Positions 30,364 to 38,030 of a stretch of 64,000 bases of DNA are shown piece after piece. Position 1 is the first letter of the stretch, and every line of letters starts with the position of its first letter. This DNA is from Candidatus Eiseniibacteriota bacterium (GTDB lineage Bacteria > Eisenbacteria > RBG-16-71-46). Below the pieces are notes generated by a model that had not been told where the DNA came from, made no database searches, and saw nothing but the letters and a program-made list of their open reading frames with translations. The DNA lies in the NCBI GenBank assembly GCA_031370785.1, contig JANMQY010000107.1:1-64000 (forward strand), read 5' to 3'. The position numbers were made by a program, and so were the translations under genes.

Positions 30364-31733
30364 GCGTCCTGCTCCGTCTTCGGCACCGGCCGTCCGCCGG
30401 ACTCGGACGGAGTCGCATCGGGCGCGGCCAGCGACAGGTTGAGCTCGTCGTCGCTCAGGATCTGGCGGCGGTTCATGATCTGCGACGTGTCGTGCTCGAA
30501 GAAGAAATGGGTGATGTGATCGATGCCGACTTCGATCTGCTTGCGCAGTCCGACCATCTTGACGAGATAAGCGCCTGCCCACAGCAGCCACGCCAGCTTG
30601 CCCGAGAGCGGCACTCCGAACAACTCGAGGACCGAGCTGTGCATGCCGAGCGAGATGATGTAGCCGACATGCTGGAATTCGAACGTGGGAACGGTGCGGC
30701 CCTCGGCCCGCGCGACCAGCGTCTTGCCGACGTACGAGCCCATTGCGATCGCGGTCTGCGAGAGCTGAGGCTGGAGAGTTCCCTCCTCGCGGAGCGATGC
30801 CGCACAGTCGCCGATCACGAACACGTCTTCGACGCCGCGCCCGTCGAAGTCGAGTGGACGGAGCCGCTCATCGACGCGGATTCGCCCATCCGGAGCGTGC
30901 TGCAGTGGCAATTCGGTGACCAGCGGCGGCGGGCACACGCCCGCGGTCCAGATCAGGGTGAAGCCATCGATCGCGCGCCCGTCGGCCAGCAGGACGCTGC
31001 GCGGCTCGACCCGCGCCGCGCGGGCGTTGAGATGGATCAGGATCCCACGCCGCTCGAGGAATGCCTGCACGTATGCCGAATGCTGCGGCAGCGCGCTCGG
31101 AACCACGCGCGGGCCGCCCTCGAGAATGGTGATCGACAGATGGGATGCGCTCAGATTGGGATAGCGCGGCAGCAGCGTGTCGCGCGCCATGTCCATGAGC
31201 TCGGCCGCGACCTCGACGCCGGTGACGCCACCGCCCACGATCACGAACGAGAGCAGCCTTCGGCGCTGTGCATCGCTCTCGGCCTGCTCGGCCATCTCGA
31301 ACAGCTCGACGACGCGGGCGCGCAGGGTCATGGCGTCGACCAGCGTCTTGAACGGGCGCGTGTTCTCGGCCGCCCCGGGCACTCCATAGTAGTTGGTGAC
31401 GCTCCCGACCCCGATCACCAGCGCGCCGTATGGCGCGACCCGATCGTTGTGCAGGCGGACCTCGCGCCGGGCGAGGTCGATGGCAAGCGCCTTGTTCTTG
31501 TAGAAGCGGACATGGCGGTGGCGCGCCATCTCGCGCAGCGGGTATACGATATGCCGGGTTTCGACCGCCCCAACGGCGACCGCGGGGAGCAGCGGGTTGA
31601 ACTGGAAGAAATTCTCCTTGTCGATGAGAACGGTGTCCCAGTACTCACGCGCCGCGCGCGATCGACCGATCGCCCGCGCGACGTCCAGACCGCCGAACCC
31701 ACCACCGAGTATCACCAGGCGCTTGCCGGCCAT
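30339..31733 (-). CDS. ndh: Type II NADH dehydrogenase (NDH-2)
   Basis: LGGGFGG, FNPLLP, VGGGVTGVEVAAEL, WTAGV, FVIGDCA, PQLSQTA. Confidence 0.85.
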   Translation of the reverse strand: MAGKRLVILGGGFGGLDVARAIGRSRAAREYWDTVLIDKENFFQFNPLLPAVAVGAVETRHIVYPLREMARHRHVRFYKNKALAIDLARREVRLHNDRVAPYGALVIGVGSVTNYYGVPGAAENTRPFKTLVDAMTLRARVVELFEMAEQAESDAQRRRLLSFVIVGGGVTGVEVAAELMDMARDTLLPRYPNLSASHLSITILEGGPRVVPSALPQHSAYVQAFLERRGILIHLNARAARVEPRSVLLADGRAIDGFTLIWTAGVCPPPLVTELPLQHAPDGRIRVDERLRPLDFDGRGVEDVFVIGDCAASLREEGTLQPQLSQTAIAMGSYVGKTLVARAEGRTVPTFEFQHVGYIISLGMHSSVLELFGVPLSGKLAWLLWAGAYLVKMVGLRKQIEVGIDHITHFFFEHDTSQIMNRRQILSDDELNLSLAAPDATPSESGGRPVPKTEQDACRPTISS

Positions 31734-32073
31734 TTGCGGGGCAGGATAGCACGAGTGCTCGCAACCGAGGCGGCATGGCCGCGCGACCGCGTTGGTCGGC
31801 CTCACTCCCACGCTGGTGCGGATGCCGGGGCGTACGCAGGCGCCGGGACGAGACGCGAGCGCCGCGCGAGACCGCGCATCGCACTTCCGATGTCGCCGCG
31901 GGCGAGCCGAGCGACTTCGTATTCATTGCGTGCATTTCATGCGGCATACCAATCGCGCGAATCTTTTTGCAAATCATGAATGACTCGAGCGCGATCCACA
32001 TTGACTGGTCGCACTGAATCGAGCGACATTATGCGTCGAGACGTCCCCTTACACCCTCCGGAGGTCCCACCCC

Positions 32074-32415
32074 ATGGCGAAAACGCGCAAGAAGCGCACG
32101 GTATACACGTCCTCACAGCGCACGCAGATCCTTTCGACCGCACAGAAGGAAGGTCTCACGGCGTCCCAGGTGCAGAAGAAGTTCGGAGTGACCCCGGTGA
32201 CGTACTACTCGTGGCGCAAGAAGACCGGCGTGGCCGGACGGCGCGGACGCGGTGCGACCTTGCGCGCCGGTGGCCGCACCGACCTCACCGGTCAACTGCG
32301 GGCCGAAGTGCAGGCCAAGGTTCGCCAGATCCTTCCCGAGATCGTACGCGGCGAAGTGAGCAGCTATCTCAACCAGCTGTTCGGATCCAGGCGAGGGCGC
32401 AAGTACTCGACCTGA
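32074..32415 (+). CDS. Small basic helix-turn-helix DNA-binding protein (transposase-HTH-like, standalone)
   Basis: GGAGG RBS; RTVYTSSQRTQIL...LTASQVQKKFGVTPVTYYSWRKK; very basic. Confidence 0.75.
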   Translation: MAKTRKKRTVYTSSQRTQILSTAQKEGLTASQVQKKFGVTPVTYYSWRKKTGVAGRRGRGATLRAGGRTDLTGQLRAEVQAKVRQILPEIVRGEVSSYLNQLFGSRRGRKYST

Positions 32416-32517
32416 GACTCGACCTTGGGTAGTGTCCCGGCGCGCGGTTCGGAAATCTCGGACCGCGCGTTCGGCTTCAGGCGACGGACGACACCGATCC
32501 AGGGAGGGAAGGTCCGC

Positions 32518-33405
32518 ATGAAGGTGATCACGTTCCTGGTCCGAGCCCTGGGCGTGCTGGTGGCCGCCATCGTCGTTCTGACCGCGGCGCTGCTCGCACA
32601 CGGATATGGCCTCGCGAACAAGACCATGAGCAATCCGCTGCCGGCTCTGGTCGTCGAGCCCGACTCCTCGCTGATCCCTCGCGGCGCGCACCTCTCACGG
32701 GTGCTCTGCGCGGGCTGTCACGCGCCCGGCCTGACGGGCGGCGATACGCTTTCGGGCGGCACCACGAATTTCTTCGTGATCCCGAAAGGTCCGACCCTGG
32801 GCGTGCTCTACGCGCCGAATCTCACTCCCGCCGGCGCGACCGCACATGCCGACAACGGCGAGTTGTCGCGTGCCATCCGCGAGGGCGTCGGATTCACTCG
32901 CAAGCCGCTGATCGTCATGCCCTCGAACGACCTTCGCAATCTCTCGGATCAGGATCTGGCCGCGATCATTGCCTTCGTGCGCGCGCAGCCCGCCGTTCCG
33001 CACGAGGTGCCGAAGCGTAAGCTCAATCCGCTCGCCTACCTGATCCTCGGCCTGCACCAGGCCGAGACCAGCGCGCAGCTTCCCGTGCCGCGCCCGATTC
33101 CCGACGTGCGAGAGGCTCCGACCGCGGAGTACGCCGCGTACTTCGCGAGCATCGTCGGCTGTGCCGACTGCCACGGTCGCGACCTCAAGGGAGCGCCCAG
33201 CGGCCAGCTCGGACCTCGCGGGCCGAACCTGGTCCAGCTCGCCCACGAGAAGCCGTTCGACATCTTCGAGCTGGCGCTGAGGCACGGAGTCAAGCCGGCA
33301 GGCGGCGCGCTCGATCCGTTCGAGATGCCGTGGACCATCTACGCGCACATGAACGACACCGAGGTGCGCGCGATCTACGAGTATCTGAAGAGCCGGGCGC
33401 TCTAG
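32518..33405 (+). CDS. Membrane-anchored diheme cytochrome c
   Basis: CAGCH and CADCH, APNLTP, two MP ligand motifs, N-terminal TM. Confidence 0.88.
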   Translation: MKVITFLVRALGVLVAAIVVLTAALLAHGYGLANKTMSNPLPALVVEPDSSLIPRGAHLSRVLCAGCHAPGLTGGDTLSGGTTNFFVIPKGPTLGVLYAPNLTPAGATAHADNGELSRAIREGVGFTRKPLIVMPSNDLRNLSDQDLAAIIAFVRAQPAVPHEVPKRKLNPLAYLILGLHQAETSAQLPVPRPIPDVREAPTAEYAAYFASIVGCADCHGRDLKGAPSGQLGPRGPNLVQLAHEKPFDIFELALRHGVKPAGGALDPFEMPWTIYAHMNDTEVRAIYEYLKSRAL

Positions 33406-34109
33406 CCCGAACGCGCGCTCAGCAGCGCGGCCGCGGCGCGATCCACCAGCCACTCGCGGTTCCGCACCAGCCGCGCCGGAGTCGCGGCGCCATCTCCCTC
33501 CTCCGCCAGCGCACGCGCCACGGCTTCGGCCTTGTCGGCCCCGATGCCGAGCACCAGCACCGATCGCGCCTCATCCAGCGCGCGCGGAGTGAGCGTGAGC
33601 CGCCGCGGCGGGGGCTTTGGGCTGTCGAGCACCGCGGCGACGCGGCGCGTGCGCTCGCCGAGCAATGGGCTTCCCGGGAACAGCGAAGCGATGTGCCCGT
33701 CGGGACCGACGCCCAGGATCACCAGGTCCAGCGCTTCGGAGAGGTGCGCCTCGTACTCTTCGACCGCCACCTCGAGATCCGGGTACTCGCCTTTCATGCG
33801 GTGCACGTTGCGCGGCGGGACGTGCGCCGGATCGATCAGAGTCTCACGCGCCATGCGAAAGTTGCTCTCCGGGTCGGTCGGCGGCACCGCCCGCTCGTCG
33901 GCGAAGAACACCCGCACCCGCGACCAGTCGACCTGCGACACGCGCGGCGGCGAAGCGAGGCGCTGGTAGAGCCCGCGCGGGCTGCGCCCTCCCGAGAGTG
34001 CGAGGGTCGCGCGGCCGCGCGCGGCGAATCCCTCGCCGAGGCGCAGGACCACGAGATCCGCCCCCGCATCGGCGAGGGAATCGGCGTCGGAGAAGATCCG
34101 GACGCTCAA
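33402..34109 (-). CDS. pgl: 6-phosphogluconolactonase
   Basis: ALSGGRSP, FADERAVPP, SNFRM, GVGPDGHIASLFP, PKPPPRRLTLT; TTG start inferred. Confidence 0.93.
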   Translation of the reverse strand: MSVRIFSDADSLADAGADLVVLRLGEGFAARGRATLALSGGRSPRGLYQRLASPPRVSQVDWSRVRVFFADERAVPPTDPESNFRMARETLIDPAHVPPRNVHRMKGEYPDLEVAVEEYEAHLSEALDLVILGVGPDGHIASLFPGSPLLGERTRRVAAVLDSPKPPPRRLTLTPRALDEARSVLVLGIGADKAEAVARALAEEGDGAATPARLVRNREWLVDRAAAALLSARSG

Positions 34110-34131
34110 GCGGCCCTTCTTCGCGTCGTGG

Positions 34132-35643
34132 CTAGAGCGGGTGCCACGAGCGCCGGTCACGGCGGATCAGATCGTCGGCACACCTGGGGCCCCAGCTACC
34201 GGGCTCGTAGTTCGGGAAGTCGCGGGGCGGATGCTCTTCGAAGTAGCGAAGAATCGGCGTAATCCATTCCCACGATGCTTCGACCGCATCGCGCCGCGAG
34301 AACAGCGTGGGGTCGCCCCGCATCGCATCCAGCAGCAGGCGTTCGTACGCCTCGGGCGGCTCGCCGCCGAACGCCTCCAGGTACTTCATGTCCATCGAGA
34401 CCTGCCCGACCGCCAGATCGTGGCCGGGGATCTTGGACGAGAATGTGAGCGCGATGCCCTCGTCGGGCTGGATGCGCAGGGTCAGCACGTTGGGCTCGCA
34501 CGCCTCGCCGCGCCCGAACAGGCACAGCGGGATCTTCTGCATGAACAGCGACACTTCGGTCGCGCGCTTGGCCAGCTTCTTCCCCGTCCGCAGGTAGAAC
34601 GGCACGCCCTGCCAGCGCCAGTTGTCGACGAACACGCGCTGCGCCGCGAAGGTCGGCGTCAGCGAGGCGGGCGCGACGTCGGGCTCCTGTCGGTAACCGC
34701 GATACTGCCCGAGCACGACGTCCTGCTCGATCGTCTCGGGGTTCGGCTCGCGCAGCGCGCGCAGCACCTTCAGCTTCTCGGTGCGAACGTCGTCCGCATC
34801 GTTGCTGTTGGGCGGTTCCATCCCGACCAGGCTCAGGACCTCGAGCAGGTGGTTCTGCACGATGTCGCGCAGCACGCCGGTCTGCTCGTAGAACTTGCCG
34901 CGAGTCCCGATCCCGACTGTCTCAGCGGCGGTGATCTGAACGTGGTCGATGTACTTCCGGTTCCAAAGCGGTTCGAAGAAGCTGTTCGCAAACCGGAACA
35001 CCATGATGTTCTGCACCGTCTCCTTGCCGAGATAGTGATCGATGCGGAACGTCTGCGACTCATCGAGCACCTTCGCGACCAGTCCATTCAGGGCCTGCGC
35101 CGAAGCCAGATCACGGCCGAACGGCTTCTCGAGGATCACGCGCGTGAACCCCGGATCGGCGGGCGTGTGGATCAGGCCCGCGGCCTTGAGCCGGTGCAGG
35201 ATCACCGAAAACACATCGGGCGGCGTCGCGAGGTAGAACAGCCGGCTGCCTTCCAGTCCGTGCTCGCGGTCCAGCTGCTCGAGCCGCGCGGCCAGCCGCT
35301 TGTAGGTTGCGGGGTCTTCGAACTCGCCCTGCACGTAGTCGATGCGGCTCGCGAACTCCGACCAGACCTTGGGGTCGACCGGCTTGAGGCGCGAGAACTC
35401 GTTCACACCGGCGCGCAGCTCTTCACGAAAGGCGTTGACCTCGACCTCGCGTCGCGACACGCCGACGATCGCGACGTGTTCGCCGAGCAATCCGCCTGCG
35501 GTGATGTTGTAGAGCGCGGGAATCAGCTTACGCCGCGTGAGATCTCCGGTCGCCCCGAAGATCACCAGAGCGCACGGCGGAGCGAGCTTTGCCGGGCGCG
35601 GTGGCAGATTGGGCGGGGCGATCGCTTCGATGCGCGCGGCCAT
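34132..35643 (-). CDS. zwf: Glucose-6-phosphate 1-dehydrogenase
   Basis: FGATGDLTRRKL, EKPFGRD, RIDHYLGKETVQN, WRWQGVPFYLRTGK. Confidence 0.96.
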   Translation of the reverse strand: MAARIEAIAPPNLPPRPAKLAPPCALVIFGATGDLTRRKLIPALYNITAGGLLGEHVAIVGVSRREVEVNAFREELRAGVNEFSRLKPVDPKVWSEFASRIDYVQGEFEDPATYKRLAARLEQLDREHGLEGSRLFYLATPPDVFSVILHRLKAAGLIHTPADPGFTRVILEKPFGRDLASAQALNGLVAKVLDESQTFRIDHYLGKETVQNIMVFRFANSFFEPLWNRKYIDHVQITAAETVGIGTRGKFYEQTGVLRDIVQNHLLEVLSLVGMEPPNSNDADDVRTEKLKVLRALREPNPETIEQDVVLGQYRGYRQEPDVAPASLTPTFAAQRVFVDNWRWQGVPFYLRTGKKLAKRATEVSLFMQKIPLCLFGRGEACEPNVLTLRIQPDEGIALTFSSKIPGHDLAVGQVSMDMKYLEAFGGEPPEAYERLLLDAMRGDPTLFSRRDAVEASWEWITPILRYFEEHPPRDFPNYEPGSWGPRCADDLIRRDRRSWHPL

Positions 35644-35644
35644 C

Positions 35645-36541
35645 TCAGCGCTCCTTTACCGCGTGGCCGCCGAACTCGGCGCGCAGCGCGGCGACCACCT
35701 TGTCGCGGAACGAGTCGTCCTGGCGCGAACGGAACCGGCTCATCAGGGCCAGGGTGAGGACCTCGGCCGGCACGCTGCGATCGATCGCCTCCTGAATGGT
35801 CCAGCGTCCTTCGCCCGAGTCCTCGACGTAGCCGCGGATCTTCGCGAGCCCAGGGTCCTTGGCGAACGCGCGCTCGGCCAGCTCGAGCAGCCACGAGCGC
35901 ACCACGCTGCCCTGATTCCACAGGTGTGCAAGCTTCGAGAGGTCGTAGCGGAAGTCGCTCGCGTTGAGGATCTCGAAGCCCTCGGCGTACGACTGCATCA
36001 TTCCGTATTCAATCCCGTTGTGGATCATCTTGGAGTAGTGTCCGGCCCCGACCCTGCCGACGTGAAGCCAACCGTCCTTTGGTGCAAGCGAATCGAGCAC
36101 GGGCTCGAGCCGCGCGATGGATGCGGCCTCGCCACCAACCATCATGCAGTAGCCGAGCTCCAGTCCCCAGATGCCCCCCGAGACGCCGCAGTCGGTGAAG
36201 AACATCCCGGCCGCCGCGAGCCGCTCGCCCCGGCGCTGCGACTCCTTCCAGTTCGAGTTGCCGCCGTCCACCACCAGGTCGCCCTTCGAGAGCAGCGGAA
36301 CCAGCTCATCCAGCGTTTCGTCGACCGGCTTGCCGGCAGGGATCATGAGCCACACCACGCGCGGCGCGCTCAACGTCTTGACCATCTCGGCCAGGGTCTT
36401 CGCCGAAGTGGCACCGGCCTTTGCTGCTTCCGCGATCTTCTCGGCGTTGCGATCGAACGCGGCGACCTCGTGCTTCGCGCGCAGCAGGCGCAGCGTCATG
36501 TTCAGACCCATGCGGCCCAACCCGACGAATCCGAGCTTCAT
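35645..36541 (-). CDS. gnd: Decarboxylating 6-phosphogluconate dehydrogenase, short form
   Basis: GLGRMG, DGGNS, GAGHYSKMIHNGIEYG, DSGEGRW, FGGHAV. Confidence 0.95.
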   Translation of the reverse strand: MKLGFVGLGRMGLNMTLRLLRAKHEVAAFDRNAEKIAEAAKAGATSAKTLAEMVKTLSAPRVVWLMIPAGKPVDETLDELVPLLSKGDLVVDGGNSNWKESQRRGERLAAAGMFFTDCGVSGGIWGLELGYCMMVGGEAASIARLEPVLDSLAPKDGWLHVGRVGAGHYSKMIHNGIEYGMMQSYAEGFEILNASDFRYDLSKLAHLWNQGSVVRSWLLELAERAFAKDPGLAKIRGYVEDSGEGRWTIQEAIDRSVPAEVLTLALMSRFRSRQDDSFRDKVVAALRAEFGGHAVKER

Positions 36542-36689
36542 GCCCGCTCCCTTGCGATGAACTCATCCCGGCTTGACGCCGGCCGCATGCCCGATATGCG
36601 TGGAATGAAAGCGCGTGATCGGCCGGGACGCAAGCAGGCGGAGCCTGCTTCGGGCGAAGCCTGCGTCAGCCCGGTGGTGCGGCCGCGGA

Positions 36690-37877
36690 CTACTCGGTCG
36701 CGGCGAGCGGCGAGTTGAGATCCGTCGCGATCTTGGCCCGGGCGGGCGAGGGCAGCGCGATGGCGCAGCCGAGCCCGACCAGAAGCAGCGAGGTCAGGCA
36801 GGTCAGCGCCCACTCGAGGCCGTGGCGGTCCGCGAGCGCGCCGATCGGGCCGATCAGCAGCGCGCCCACTCCCCATGCCGCGCCCATCAGCAGGCTCGAG
36901 ATGGTGGAGGAGTGGCGCGGCGAAAGCTCCTGCCCGAGCACCACGTTGACCGGCAACGAAGCCTGCAGCACGAACGCGCCGAGGATCAACGCGACCATTC
37001 CGATGACCGGTGGCAACATCAGGAACGCGAAGAACAGCGGAGTCGCGCCCACGAACGAGAGCACGACCACGCGCCGTCCACCCCACCGGTCGGCGAGCCA
37101 GCCGCCGAGGAATCCGCCGCACGCGCCGAGCGCAAGGTAGGCGGTGAGCAGCGTTCCTCCCGCCGCGACGCTGAAGCCATGGCGGTGAAGGTAGATCGGA
37201 AGGAAGGTCATGAATCCGTACGAGACCGCCGAGCGGCACACCACCACGAAGTAGAGCAGCGTGAGCGGCCGCAGCACCGGCCTGAGCTCGCGCAACGCCG
37301 GGCGCGAACCGGCATGATGCGCGAGCGGGCGCACGCGACGCGACCAGATCAGCAGCAGCACGCCCATGATCACGCCCGGGAACACCGCGACCCAGGTGCG
37401 CTCGATCCCGAACGCGCCGACCACCGAGACCGCGAGCAGCGGGCCGAGCGAGAAGCCGAGCGTGCCGCCGGTGACGAAGAACGACATCGCGAGCGAGCGG
37501 CTCTTCGAGCCCTCCCCCGCCAGCACCGCCGCCTGCGGATGGAATGCCGCGACGCCCATGCCGCCCAGCATCAGCAGCGCGACCAGTGCCGCGTAGCTGG
37601 GCGAGAGTCCGATCGCCGACATGAACACCGCCGCGGTCGGGGGCCCGAGCGCCACGAACCAGGGCCTGGAAAGGCGGTCCGAGACCCAGCCGTAGACCGG
37701 CTGCGCGAGCGAGGAGGAGAGCGACGCCAGCGCCACGAGCGTGCCGACTTCGGTGAGATTGAGATGGAGCCGCAGCATCATCAGCGGCAGCAGCGGCGAG
37801 AAGAAGCTCGAGTAGGCGTCGATCGTGAAATGCGCCGAGGCGAGCAGAAAGAGACGAGGGGTGAGAAAGCTTCGCAT
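36690..37877 (-). CDS. MFS transporter (Fsr fosmidomycin-resistance-like)
   Basis: HFTIDAY, QPVYGWVSDR, AFHPQA, GGWLADRWGGRR; 12 TM. Confidence 0.88.
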   Translation of the reverse strand: MRSFLTPRLFLLASAHFTIDAYSSFFSPLLPLMMLRLHLNLTEVGTLVALASLSSSLAQPVYGWVSDRLSRPWFVALGPPTAAVFMSAIGLSPSYAALVALLMLGGMGVAAFHPQAAVLAGEGSKSRSLAMSFFVTGGTLGFSLGPLLAVSVVGAFGIERTWVAVFPGVIMGVLLLIWSRRVRPLAHHAGSRPALRELRPVLRPLTLLYFVVVCRSAVSYGFMTFLPIYLHRHGFSVAAGGTLLTAYLALGACGGFLGGWLADRWGGRRVVVLSFVGATPLFFAFLMLPPVIGMVALILGAFVLQASLPVNVVLGQELSPRHSSTISSLLMGAAWGVGALLIGPIGALADRHGLEWALTCLTSLLLVGLGCAIALPSPARAKIATDLNSPLAATE

Positions 37878-38030
37878 GGGAAGAGCAATGCTAGCACAGC
37901 CGAATCGTGCGTACCGCCATCAGCGCGATCCGCAGAGACCGCAGCCGCATTGCCTGGTGAAGCGGTGCGCACCAAGCGAAGCGCCCGGCATCGCAAAGGA
38001 CGCCGGACGCTCGCCACTGCAAATCGGGTG

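Noticed and set aside
32074..32415. IS3-family insertion sequence
   Set aside because: No DDE OrfB, frameshift signal, terminal inverted repeats or target duplication seen
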